Shown: piece after piece, positions 17,657 to 27,126 of the stretch
Position numbering within the stretch: position 1 is the stretch's first letter
Layout of the letters: the number at the start of each line of letters is the position of its first letter
Assembly (NCBI GenBank): GCA_049680085.1
Contig: JBAUHD010000168.1
Span: forward strand, 1-37,615
DNA: 37,615 nucleotides
From: Acidobacteriaceae bacterium
GTDB taxonomy: Bacteria; Acidobacteriota; Terriglobia; Terriglobales; Acidobacteriaceae
Reading direction: 5' to 3'
Made by a program: the position numbers and the translations under genes
The notes under the pieces: generated by a model
The model's database searches: none
Told to the model about the DNA's origin: nothing
What the model saw: only the letters and a program-made list of their open reading frames with translations

Positions 17657-20600
17657 ATGGACGGAAAGTTAAGTAATATCGGGAGAGGACACTTCAGTTT
17701 ATGGGTGCCCGGCGGGTTGAGGCGGATGATCTTCCTCGCGCTCGCTCTTGCTGTGAGCGTGTGCCTGCTACACGCGCAAGTGGATATCGCTGCGTCCCTG
17801 GCCGGCACAGTCATGGACCCGAGCGGCGCAGTGATACCGAATGCAGTCATCGTCACGCATAACGTGAACACCGGCATCAAGGCAAAAGTAACGAGCAATG
17901 GCAGTGGGCTTTACCAGTTTGTTTCAATTGCCGCTGGGACCTACACGGTCACTTGTACTGCCTCTGGCTTTAAGACTTTTGTAGCGAATGAGGTCATCCT
18001 CCATGCGGGAGGGGCTGCCACGCTTCCTGTGACACTGCAAGTGGGGGCGGCAACTCAGACCATCACAGTCTCGGGATCGTCTGCGATGGTGGACACAGAA
18101 ACAGGGAACAACCTGACCACCATTGAACCCGATCTCATGGAAGCGATTCCGGTATCTGGTCGCGACCCGCGTGAATCAATGGAAGTGTTGATGCCGGGTG
18201 CAACAGCAGCTGGAACTGGCGCCAGTTACTACGTTCCGGTAACCAGCTTCAATGGCGTATCACAGCTAACTAACAATTACGAAATTGACGGCGCGGCGAT
18301 GAACGATTACATGCATGGTTCTGCCGCCGCCGATTTCCCACAGTCAGAGAACATCGCCGAGTTTAGCGTGTCTTCGGCACTTCCTGATGCCTCGGTGGCT
18401 CGTGGTGCAGGCGGACAGATCGAGGCCACGCTGAAGAACGGGACCAACGATTTCCACGGGCAGTTCTGGACCTATTTGCAAAATGGAGCCTGGAACGCGA
18501 ATTCCTGGTCGAACAACTTCCAGGGTATTCGGCGTCAGCCGTTTCACCAGGAATGGTACGGTGGCAACATAGGCGGTCCGGTGTGGCTGCCTAAACTGTA
18601 CAACGGAAGGAACCGGACGTTCTTCTTCGCCTCGTATGAGCGCACGTCTACGTCAAAGAATTCGACGACGAGCGGACAGACCATTACCGACGCCGAGCGC
18701 AGCGGAGACTTCACCAATTCGCCAGACGGAATTCCAATCGTCAATGGCGTGCCGATGCCAGTGATCCCCGTATCAGACCTCGGTCCACTTGGGCAAACTC
18801 TCAATTCTTCTGGTGGCACAGCCATTATGCCCAAGCCAACCAGTGGGACTGACACGTTCACATGGAATCCATCATACGATGCGCTTATTCAGACTTGGAT
18901 GGTGCGCATCGACGAGAACATCGGCAGCAAGAACCGCATCTTTGGAAGCCTGTGGTGGTACAACGACAATCCGACTTTCCAGGACATGTACGACGAATTT
19001 GGGGAAGCATCGTGGGCAACTCAGTATCCCAATCCCCAGGCAACCTGGGGTGAACCCGATCAAACAAAGGTTTGGGCTGTGAATGATACCTATACCATCA
19101 CGCCTTCGATGCTGAACAACTTCGTTTTGGGGCTTACCCAGACCGAGATTTCAGTTACGAACACGTGCTCACCTTGTACAGGTGTAGTGAACCCATCAAA
19201 CACCGGAATTAACTCGGTAGGTGATTATCTGGCGCCGGATGTTCAGCAACTCTCTACCCCGCGCAGCATGGGCATGGGCATTTACAACGGGTATACGAAT
19301 CCAATGACCCAACATACTTGGGACATCACGGACAATTTTACCTGGACTAAGGGACGTCACACCATCAAAACCGGCTTCGAACTCCGCAACTACCACGAGG
19401 TCTTTAATCAGACCTGGGGCGCGGGAGGCAATGTCTCGTTTCAGGATTCAAATAACGTCTATGGCGGAACTGGGAATGGAATGGCGGATATGATGCTGAA
19501 TGGCGGCCCACTAGGGCAGTTTGGCGCTAGTTTTTCCCAAAACAGTTCGCAGAGCCTGATCGTGAACTATCCGGCACGAGAAGCGTACATCCAAGATACA
19601 GTGAAGCTGATGCCGCGATTGACAGTGATGATTGGTGCGAGGCTACAGCCATACTTCGGAGTTGCGGAGGAGAAGAACCGTTTTGTGACCTTCCGTCCAG
19701 ATCAGGCATCGACGGTGTTTCCAACAGCTCCGGTCGGGCTGGTTACTGTTGGTGATCGTGGCATCCAGGCGAACTTGTCAGGCAATGTCTACAACGTGGG
19801 TCCCCGGTTTTCATTTGCGTGGGACCTTCTTGGGAACCATAAGGCCGCACTCAAGGGCGGCTACGGGCTCTACACGGATTATGAGTATCTGTTGAATTTC
19901 AACAACTATACAACGGCAGCACCTTTCGGAGTTAACTATTATCCCACTCAAGGGCCGGGGCTCGATCTCTCTCAGCCTTATGCACAATACGGCAGCGTTC
20001 CATTCCCGTTTACCGCGCCAACTGCGGGATCTTCGGCAGCGGCTACGTTGGTCTTTCCGAGCCCTCTTTCCACTCAAGGAATCGCAAAGAATTTCAATAA
20101 CGGCCTGTATGACAAGTTCAATCTGGAATTTGAGATTGAGCCGATCAACTCATACGTTTTCTCTGCGGCGTGGGTTGCGACTCACGGGACTCATTTATTT
20201 GAAACCCATAACCAGAACTGGCCCAGGTTTGTCCCTGGAGGGAGCACGAATGACGCCGCAAACGTTCTTTCGCGTGAGCCATACTATGCGGCCGGATTCA
20301 ACCAAATCAACACCTTCTACTCCGATTACAACTCCTGGTACAACTCCCTGCAGGTCGAGGTCAATAAGAGGTACTCCTATGGCCTGACGCTGTTGGGAAC
20401 TTATACGTACAGCAGTACCTTGGCTCAACAGGGTTGCCGGTATCAAGCAGACTGCGCGCTTGATTACTACAGCCCAGGTACTGTGCACCAGATAACCGCA
20501 GCGTTCCGTTACAATCTTCCCTTATTCCTGCACCAGCACACGTTAGTGCATAAAATTTTTGGTGGTTGGGCGATCGGTGGCACTGGAACGGCAAGCACCG

Positions 20601-21097
20601 GGGGTTACGGGAGTGTGGGAGATTATAACTGCAACGAGTTCAACTTCAGTTCAGCCGGATGCTATGCAAACTATGCCGGGGGCGGCGCACTGCTTTCTAA
20701 CCGTAAACAGGTCGTGATGTCGGGCGGATCGATGATCGGTGTGAATTGGCTTGATCCGAGTAAATTTGTTAGGGCAAATCAGACGGCCGTGAATGGTGTA
20801 CCAGCCACATTACCAGGGCAGGGGCAGCGGATGTTCCTTGGCAATGCGACGGTCGGTGTCTGGAAGGGGCCCGCTTCGGGTATCGAGGATTTCAATGCAA
20901 GTCTCGACAAGGATTTTGGAATTTGGGAATCGGTAAAGCTCAGTTTCCATGCCGAAGCATTTAACGCGTTGAACCACACCGTGCTGAACAGCCCTGGCTA
21001 CAACGATACCGTAGGACCAAACACTCAGGGGTTCGGTATTATCAGCAGCGCTGATGCGCCGAGGAGTGTCCAGCTATCTCTTCACCTTAAATTCTGA
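17657..21097 (+). CDS. TonB-dependent receptor, Oar-like
   Basis: GGAGG RBS; signal peptide; GTVMDPSGAVIPNA; KNGTNDFHG; YGGNIGGPV; AEAFNALNH; C-terminal PRSVQLSLHLKF. Confidence 0.92.
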   Translation: MDGKLSNIGRGHFSLWVPGGLRRMIFLALALAVSVCLLHAQVDIAASLAGTVMDPSGAVIPNAVIVTHNVNTGIKAKVTSNGSGLYQFVSIAAGTYTVTCTASGFKTFVANEVILHAGGAATLPVTLQVGAATQTITVSGSSAMVDTETGNNLTTIEPDLMEAIPVSGRDPRESMEVLMPGATAAGTGASYYVPVTSFNGVSQLTNNYEIDGAAMNDYMHGSAAADFPQSENIAEFSVSSALPDASVARGAGGQIEATLKNGTNDFHGQFWTYLQNGAWNANSWSNNFQGIRRQPFHQEWYGGNIGGPVWLPKLYNGRNRTFFFASYERTSTSKNSTTSGQTITDAERSGDFTNSPDGIPIVNGVPMPVIPVSDLGPLGQTLNSSGGTAIMPKPTSGTDTFTWNPSYDALIQTWMVRIDENIGSKNRIFGSLWWYNDNPTFQDMYDEFGEASWATQYPNPQATWGEPDQTKVWAVNDTYTITPSMLNNFVLGLTQTEISVTNTCSPCTGVVNPSNTGINSVGDYLAPDVQQLSTPRSMGMGIYNGYTNPMTQHTWDITDNFTWTKGRHTIKTGFELRNYHEVFNQTWGAGGNVSFQDSNNVYGGTGNGMADMMLNGGPLGQFGASFSQNSSQSLIVNYPAREAYIQDTVKLMPRLTVMIGARLQPYFGVAEEKNRFVTFRPDQASTVFPTAPVGLVTVGDRGIQANLSGNVYNVGPRFSFAWDLLGNHKAALKGGYGLYTDYEYLLNFNNYTTAAPFGVNYYPTQGPGLDLSQPYAQYGSVPFPFTAPTAGSSAAATLVFPSPLSTQGIAKNFNNGLYDKFNLEFEIEPINSYVFSAAWVATHGTHLFETHNQNWPRFVPGGSTNDAANVLSREPYYAAGFNQINTFYSDYNSWYNSLQVEVNKRYSYGLTLLGTYTYSSTLAQQGCRYQADCALDYYSPGTVHQITAAFRYNLPLFLHQHTLVHKIFGGWAIGGTGTASTGGYGSVGDYNCNEFNFSSAGCYANYAGGGALLSNRKQVVMSGGSMIGVNWLDPSKFVRANQTAVNGVPATLPGQGQRMFLGNATVGVWKGPASGIEDFNASLDKDFGIWESVKLSFHAEAFNALNHTVLNSPGYNDTVGPNTQGFGIISSADAPRSVQLSLHLKF

Positions 21098-21118
21098 AAC
21101 GTACCTCCAATGCACTCT

Positions 21119-21156
21119 TGAGCTGTAAGGATTCTGAAGTGTGACTTCACAGCTCA
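21119..21156 (+). other. Intergenic stem-loop after the receptor gene
   Basis: TGAGCTG/CAGCTCA outer stem enclosing TGAAGT-GTG-ACTTCA; no poly-U tail. Confidence 0.35.
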
Positions 21157-21249
21157 TGTCTTGCGATGCACGAACGAAAACGGCAGGCGATTCTCAATCG
21201 AGTACGTCTATTACTTCCATTGTGACAAAGAGCTAGGATTACGTGACTT

Positions 21250-22224
21250 ATGAATAGAAGAGAGTTGATGCTCGTATTATCCGCCGTTGGCCTCGACGCC
21301 TCGCTGTCGCACGCAGCGCCGCGCTTGGGAAAAGTTGCGAGCGGCAAGTGGATCAAGTATCCCGGTGATCCGGTGCTGGGCGGGAAATACGGAACCTGCT
21401 TTGACGTAAGTGTGCTAGAGGAACGTGGTGTCTACAGGATGTGGCTTTCTTGGCGTCCTAAGCAGAGCGTCGCGTTATCAGAAAGCCGAGACGGCATCCA
21501 CTGGAGCCCTCCGGAGATCGTTCTTGGCCCTCGTCTGTCGACGGGGTGGGAAAAGGACATCAACCGTCCTACTGTAGCTAGGCGACACGACGGATACCAC
21601 ATGTGGTACACGGGGCAGGCGGATGGAAAATCCTGGATCGGCTACGCTACCAGTTCCGATGGTAGGTCATGGAAGCGGGAGTCAATGCATCCGGTCCTCG
21701 CGGCGGAGGCGCCTTGGGAAGGTGTTGCCGTGATGTGCCCGGATGTGCTGTGGGACAACGAGACTGCGATGTGGAAGATGTGGTACTCCGCTGGCGAGCA
21801 GTACGAACCGAACGCGATCGGCTATGCCACCAGCCGCGACGGACTGCATTGGGATAAAAACCCTGCTAACCCTGTGATGAAAGCAGATCCCCGGTATCCG
21901 TGGGAGAAGAACCGGGTGGCGGCGGCACAGATTCTACGCTGGAAAGGATGGTATTACGCATTTTACATTGGCTTCCGAGACATCGATCACGCGCAGATTG
22001 GTATGGCGCGATCGAAAGACGGCATCAATAATTGGGTAAGAAATGCAGGTAATCCCATCATCCGTCCAACCCCAGGGGGCTGGGATGCGGACGCGTGCTA
22101 TAAGCCGTTTGCGGTCTATTCTCATGGCCGCTGGATGCTCTGGTACAACGGGCGGCACGATCATTTTGAACAAATCGGGCTCGCATATCATTACGCAGAA
22201 GACCTCGGATTTGTGCCTGCATGA
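21250..22224 (+). CDS. Five-bladed beta-propeller glycosidase (GH43/GH32/GH130-like fold) with Tat-like signal
   Basis: NRRELM signal; five repeats of aromatic-x-MWY..IGYATSxDGxxW. Confidence 0.8.
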   Translation: MNRRELMLVLSAVGLDASLSHAAPRLGKVASGKWIKYPGDPVLGGKYGTCFDVSVLEERGVYRMWLSWRPKQSVALSESRDGIHWSPPEIVLGPRLSTGWEKDINRPTVARRHDGYHMWYTGQADGKSWIGYATSSDGRSWKRESMHPVLAAEAPWEGVAVMCPDVLWDNETAMWKMWYSAGEQYEPNAIGYATSRDGLHWDKNPANPVMKADPRYPWEKNRVAAAQILRWKGWYYAFYIGFRDIDHAQIGMARSKDGINNWVRNAGNPIIRPTPGGWDADACYKPFAVYSHGRWMLWYNGRHDHFEQIGLAYHYAEDLGFVPA

Positions 22225-23813
22225 AGACTACGGGAAAATTCTGGGTTCTGTGGTCTAGTCTTACCATTTGCCTAGCAGCCGTATTTCATGCGGGAGCGCA
22301 GGCCGAAAACAACGCTTCCGGACCGGTGCTACAACCGGAGAGCTTCCGGCATTACTTTACCGGCTTCGCGCGTGATGAGCAGGAAATGTTAGGCACGGCT
22401 CCGCCGCTTCCCTGGAAGTGGTTCGTGCAGAACATTCCGTGGCTGGACACGCCCGATGCAGAGATGAACCAGATTTACTACTTCCGCTGGTATTCATTCC
22501 AAAAGCATCTTGAGCGGACTCCAGACGGGTACGTCATTACCGAATTTTTGGATAAGGTCCCATGGTCGGGAAAGTTCAACACGATCGATACGGCAGCGGG
22601 TCACCATATCCGAGAGGCACGATGGCTGCGTGATCCGGAATACGCTGACGATTACACAAGGTTCTGGTTTGGTCCGAATGGAGAACCGCGGCGCTATAGT
22701 TTCTGGGCAGCGGACTCGGTTTATCAACTATATCTGGCGACGGGGAACCGCGATCTGGCAATCAGCTTGTTGCCTGCGCTTGAAAGCAATTACCAAGCGT
22801 GGAGGGCGACGCACCAGGATCCAAACGGACTATTCTGGCAGATCGACGATCGCGACGGGATGGAGGACAGCATCAGCGGTAACGGGTACCGGCCGACAAT
22901 CAACAGTTATATGTTTGGTGATGCGATCGCGATTTCGCGGATTGCGAAGATGGCAGCCGAGCCGCAAGTTGCCGCCAAGTATCTGGAGGAAGCCAGCCAG
23001 CTGCGGGAACTGATCGAAAGCCGTTTGTGGAATCCGCATGACGAGTTTTACGAGACAGTGGCGCGACATGCGAGTTCAGGATGGTCTGGAGTTCGTGAGC
23101 AGATCGGCTACATTCCATGGTATTTCAACATTCCTCCACCTGATCATGACGTGGCGTGGAAGGTCCTGTTTTCACCACAGGGCTTTTCGGGCGAGTACGG
23201 GCCTACGACTGCAGAGCGGAGCAGTCCACGCTTTCGCTACAAGGTGCATCACGAGTGCCTCTGGAACGGTCCATCGTGGCCGTATGCGACAACGCAAACC
23301 CTGGTCGCTTTGGCAAATTTACTGAATAATCAGAAGCAAATAAGAATGACAAAGGGCGACTATTTCCGCCTGCTTAGTACCTATACGCACTCTCAACACA
23401 TTCGTCTTCCTAACGGGCAAATAATCCCGTGGATCGATGAAGATTTGGATGCGGATACCGGAGAATGGATCGCGCGCGATATCCTCACTGCCCAACACGC
23501 GCTGCCGAAGAATCGCGGTCGGTACTACAACCATTCAGGGTATGCCGACTTGATCATCACAGGCCTGATAGGATTGAGGCCGCAGGCTGGAAATGAAGTT
23601 ATTGTTCACCCTCTTCTGCCAACCGACGCTTGGAGTTATTTTGCTTTGGACGGCCTGCCCTATCATGGACACCTGTTAACAATTCTCTATGATCGAACCG
23701 GAAAACGATATCATCGGGGCAAAGGCCTTCAGGTGCTGTGTGATGGCAAATCAATCGCACATGCCGACAAGCTGGAAGAGGTGCGCGGCACTCTGCCGCC
23801 CCGCCCCAACTAG
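22221..23813 (+). CDS. Secreted six-hairpin glycoside hydrolase (MGH1/GH63/GH121-like)
   Basis: ATGA overlap with the previous gene; signal peptide; YYFRW, GLFWQIDDRDGME, RPTINSY, REQIGYIPW, WNGPSWPY, YNHS. Confidence 0.8.
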   Translation: MKTTGKFWVLWSSLTICLAAVFHAGAQAENNASGPVLQPESFRHYFTGFARDEQEMLGTAPPLPWKWFVQNIPWLDTPDAEMNQIYYFRWYSFQKHLERTPDGYVITEFLDKVPWSGKFNTIDTAAGHHIREARWLRDPEYADDYTRFWFGPNGEPRRYSFWAADSVYQLYLATGNRDLAISLLPALESNYQAWRATHQDPNGLFWQIDDRDGMEDSISGNGYRPTINSYMFGDAIAISRIAKMAAEPQVAAKYLEEASQLRELIESRLWNPHDEFYETVARHASSGWSGVREQIGYIPWYFNIPPPDHDVAWKVLFSPQGFSGEYGPTTAERSSPRFRYKVHHECLWNGPSWPYATTQTLVALANLLNNQKQIRMTKGDYFRLLSTYTHSQHIRLPNGQIIPWIDEDLDADTGEWIARDILTAQHALPKNRGRYYNHSGYADLIITGLIGLRPQAGNEVIVHPLLPTDAWSYFALDGLPYHGHLLTILYDRTGKRYHRGKGLQVLCDGKSIAHADKLEEVRGTLPPRPN

Positions 23814-23828
23814 AGAAATGGACTCCAA

Positions 23829-25520
23829 ATGCCGCCGATAACTCGCAGAGAACTCATAGCGGGCGTTGCCTGCGCTGGACTTACTTTGTCTTCGAGCGCA
23901 GAAATCCTCCATCCGCCTCTCAAGCCAGGATCGCTTAGCCGAACAACTGCGTTCATTGATATTTTGCGGGCTCCGGATTCTGTCACTGTATTCTGCGGAC
24001 TCGATCATCCCACCCAACTCAGCCGTTCGGGCATCCGCTGGAGCAGCCCAGGGATGCTGGTGACCACTGCCTCCGAGCACGACCATCTCCCCATCACCAT
24101 AGCAACGACGAACGCTCGGCCCACACACGTTCATTTGCGGTGGAGCGCTGCTGTCGACACCGGCCTCGTTTATTTGAACGACGCGTGGGAGCGCAGTTAC
24201 GGCGATCTTCATTGGGAATCTCTAGTTCCCGAACGTGTGTTGCCTTGGTACTTTCTCACTGCCGATCGCGAGGCGCTCCATGGATACGGAGTAAAAACCG
24301 GGGCGGGAGCGCTCTGTTTCTGGCAGATCGATCCGAAGGGGATATCTCTCTGGCTGAATGTCTGCAATGGAGGCTCGGGTGTTGCTTTGGATCACCGGGA
24401 ATTGCTTGCAGCCACTGTGGTCACAAGGCAGGGAATCCCCGGTGAGAACACTCTGGATGCCGCGCGCCTCTTCTGTCGAAGAATGTGTGATTCTCCCCTT
24501 CCTGGGGTCACTCTATATGGCAGCAACGACTGGTATTACGCCTATGGCCACAACTCGGCGGATCAGATTGTCCGCGATGCGGAACTGATCGCCTCTCTAG
24601 CCCCCGCGCGAGGACCACGCCCTTTTACGGTGATTGACGCCGGCTGGAACAATAAGCAGGCCTTTCCCAATATGGCAGCACTTGCAGCCGCGATCCGGGA
24701 TCACAACGTCCGGCCTGGTTTGTGGATCCGTCCTCTCCAGGCAGATGTCGATACGTCCCGCGGCTTGCTGTTGCCCTCCGCGCGCTTCGGGGACCGTACT
24801 GACCGAACAGCCGAACTCGCTTTCGATCCCACCATTCCCGAAGCATTGGAGAGTGTGCTCGCCAAAGTCACTCAGGCCACAGGCTGGGGTTACGAACTAA
24901 TCAAGCATGATTTTTCCACTTATGATCTTCTCGGGCAGTGGGGATTCGAAATGCATGCCCAGCCGACGCTTCCAGGCTGGAGCTTCCATGATCGCAGCAG
25001 AACCAATGCAGAGATCATTCGCAGCTTCTACCAGTCCATCCGCCAGGCCGCAGGAGATCGCACACTGCTGATCGGCTGCAATACCATCGGCCACATCAGT
25101 GCTGGCATCTTCGATGCTCAGCGTACCGGCGATGACGTGAGCGGGAAAGTTTGGGAACGTACTCGACGCATGGGAGTAAATACACTGGCCTTCAGGCTGC
25201 CCCAGCACGGTTCGTTCTTCGCCCTCGATCCAGACTGTGTTCCGATCACTGCGGAGACTCCGTGGTCCTGCAATCGGCAATGGCTTGATCTGGTAGCTAG
25301 GAGCGGGGCGGCGCTGCTGATCTCACCCCAGCCCACCGCAATGGGTGCGGAACAGCGCAATGCAGTGCGTGCCGCGTTCGAGCTAGCAACTCACAGATCT
25401 GAGACGATTGCGGCTGGTTGGCAGAACAACACCACACCGGACCATTGGCAATTCCGGCCTGCGATCGAAAAAAACTACGACTGGTATGAGGACACCGGGG
25501 CGTGGCCGTTCGGAATTTGA
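23829..25520 (+). CDS. Clan GH-D (GH27/GH36-like) alpha-galactosidase-like glycosidase with Tat-like signal
   Basis: TRRELI signal; NDWYYAYG, VIDAGW, PGLWIRPL, nucleophile region GYELIKHDF, acid/base region QRTGDD. Confidence 0.8.
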   Translation: MPPITRRELIAGVACAGLTLSSSAEILHPPLKPGSLSRTTAFIDILRAPDSVTVFCGLDHPTQLSRSGIRWSSPGMLVTTASEHDHLPITIATTNARPTHVHLRWSAAVDTGLVYLNDAWERSYGDLHWESLVPERVLPWYFLTADREALHGYGVKTGAGALCFWQIDPKGISLWLNVCNGGSGVALDHRELLAATVVTRQGIPGENTLDAARLFCRRMCDSPLPGVTLYGSNDWYYAYGHNSADQIVRDAELIASLAPARGPRPFTVIDAGWNNKQAFPNMAALAAAIRDHNVRPGLWIRPLQADVDTSRGLLLPSARFGDRTDRTAELAFDPTIPEALESVLAKVTQATGWGYELIKHDFSTYDLLGQWGFEMHAQPTLPGWSFHDRSRTNAEIIRSFYQSIRQAAGDRTLLIGCNTIGHISAGIFDAQRTGDDVSGKVWERTRRMGVNTLAFRLPQHGSFFALDPDCVPITAETPWSCNRQWLDLVARSGAALLISPQPTAMGAEQRNAVRAAFELATHRSETIAAGWQNNTTPDHWQFRPAIEKNYDWYEDTGAWPFGI

Positions 25521-25606
25521 ATAGAACGATCAAAGTCTCGCAGGTATGGTGAACATGAAGGCGTTGGGCGTACTGCTGTTGAGTTGACTTTGACGGCTGC
25601 GGCACA

Positions 25607-25879
25607 AAATATATCTCAGGAAGTGTGCACAGCCTCGAGGACTGGCTGGGCGAGAACAATATCTGCAGTCGTGCTGGTAACCACTTCTTCCGCGGTCCAC
25701 TCTACACTGTGCTGCGGAATCCACACTACCTCGGTCGGATCAAACACAAGAAGGAATCTTATCCCGGCCAGCACCCTGCCATCATCGATCGCGAGATCTG
25801 GGACAAGGTCCAATCGCTGCTCGACGACAACATTCAAGGCAAGTGCCGCAAGGTGCGTGCCACGAAGGAGAGTTGCTGA
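25607..25879 (+). pseudogene. Large serine recombinase fragment (Recombinase domain only)
   Basis: GSVHSLEDWL..FFRGPLYTVLRNPHYLGRIKHKKESYPGQHPAIIDREIWDKVQ; catalytic N-domain and C-terminal domains absent; ends 13 nt from the tRNA 3' end. Confidence 0.8.
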
Positions 25880-25892
25880 TTTTACAGGTAAG

Positions 25893-25982
25893 TGGCGGAG
25901 AGGGAGGGATTCGAACCCCCGATAACCTTTCGGCTATGCCGGTTTTCAAGACCGGAGCCATCAACCACTCGGCCACCTCTCC
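25893..25982 (-). tRNA. tRNA-Ser (anticodon TGA)
   Basis: 90 nt GGAGAGGTGGCCGAGTGG..CCGGTC-TTGAAA-ACCGG, long variable arm, GTTCGAATC T-loop, encoded CCA. Confidence 0.97.
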
Positions 25983-26055
25983 GTGAATTCCAGTCTATCG
26001 GAAACCGTGGCGCGGCCAACGAATGAACCTGCTTCTCCGCCTCGCCGGGGTCTCG

Positions 26056-27126
26056 TCACCACCGGTAAATCGTAAGGTCATCGAGGTAGGCGATCGCCGC
26101 TCCGGTGGCTCCCACTCCGTCCACCTGGAAATTGGTCAGCAACGTCGAGCCCCAACCCAGCGCAAACGTGGAGGGCACCGTGGCATTCAAGTCCTGCTTC
26201 GCGCCATCCAGCCACACGGACTTGTAGGTCACGTTCCCGCGTGCATCGCGCGAATACTCGAGCTGAACGTGGTGCCAGGTGTTCACTTTCCACTTGCGCG
26301 GGTTGCAGGCCGCCTTCGAGTGCACCCACATGTCATTCGGTTTCTGGGGCGTGCCGCTGTTCTTCGTATAGTCCCAGGTGCCCGTGCCGCCGTCACACTG
26401 GACGCCGTAGATCACCGTCTGTCCGTTCGCAAGCACCTGGTTCATATCCAATTCCAGGTTGGCGATGTTTTTGGCTGAGCTATCGAAGTAGATCCAGCCG
26501 TCGTAAAGGAAATGGGTGGACGCCGTGTCCGCTCCAAAGGAGACCCAGTACCGTTCACCGCCCGCTTTCGTATAGCTGGTCTCAAACTTTCGCGCGGAGC
26601 CGCTGCGGGAGGGCGATCCGGTAAGGCTCATCGAGCCGGTGGACGTGGAACTGCCACCCCCGGTTCCCGTATCGTAGATGCCTTCCCAGTTACTTAGCTT
26701 CTGGATGCTGCGTGTGCTGAGCGCGCCGGATGGAATCAAAGCGCCGCTGCTGGCTGCGGCAGTGGAACTTCCGCCACTACCAGAGGACGCTCCACTTCCT
26801 GCCGAGCTGCTACTTCCTGCGGAGCTGCTGCTACCAGCGGAGCTGCTGCTACCAGCGGAGCTGCTGCTACCAGCGGAGCTACCGCTTCCGGCGGAGCTGC
26901 CGCTGCCAGAGGAGCTGCCACTGCCAGCGGAGCTTCCACTCCCTGCGGAACTTCCGCTGCCAGAGGAGCCTCCATTCGTGGGGGGCGCGCTGCCGGATCC
27001 GCCGTCCCTGCCGCCTGCGGCAACAGTCTTGGCCGAAAGCGACGCATCCGGGCCGCCGCATCCGGCGAGGATCGAGATGGCCGCAAAGCTCAGAAGGACA
27101 AAGACGACGACATTTTTCCTGATCAT
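26056..27126 (-). CDS. Lipoprotein with Ser/Gly linker and aromatic-rich beta-sandwich domain
   Basis: Start at ATG 27126; lipobox ILAGC; GS(G/S)SSA repeats; C-terminal domain with NLELDMNQV, GVQCD, WHHVQL, NFQVDG, YLDDL. Confidence 0.75.
   Translation of the reverse strand: MIRKNVVVFVLLSFAAISILAGCGGPDASLSAKTVAAGGRDGGSGSAPPTNGGSSGSGSSAGSGSSAGSGSSSGSGSSAGSGSSAGSSSSAGSSSSAGSSSSAGSSSSAGSGASSGSGGSSTAAASSGALIPSGALSTRSIQKLSNWEGIYDTGTGGGSSTSTGSMSLTGSPSRSGSARKFETSYTKAGGERYWVSFGADTASTHFLYDGWIYFDSSAKNIANLELDMNQVLANGQTVIYGVQCDGGTGTWDYTKNSGTPQKPNDMWVHSKAACNPRKWKVNTWHHVQLEYSRDARGNVTYKSVWLDGAKQDLNATVPSTFALGWGSTLLTNFQVDGVGATGAAIAYLDDLTIYRW
26792..26970. repeat. In-frame 18-bp tandem repeat, about 10 degenerate units
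   Basis: Three identical GCGGAGCTGCTGCTACCA copies at 26819-26872 flanked by diverged copies. Confidence 0.9.

Larger units (their letters stand above)
11420..25892. mobile_element. Putative decayed genomic island anchored at tRNA-Ser (left boundary uncertain)
   Basis: Abuts the tRNA 3' end; recombinase, transposase and probable dnaE2 remnants; visibly more AT-rich than the flanks; no att repeat found. Confidence 0.55.

Noticed and set aside
25782..25976. 64-aa ORF beginning MAEWLMAPVLKTG
   Set aside because: It is a translation of the tRNA-Ser gene.
26792..26970. Regular repeats as a possible CRISPR array
   Set aside because: Contiguous in-frame 18-bp units with no spacers and no cas genes.
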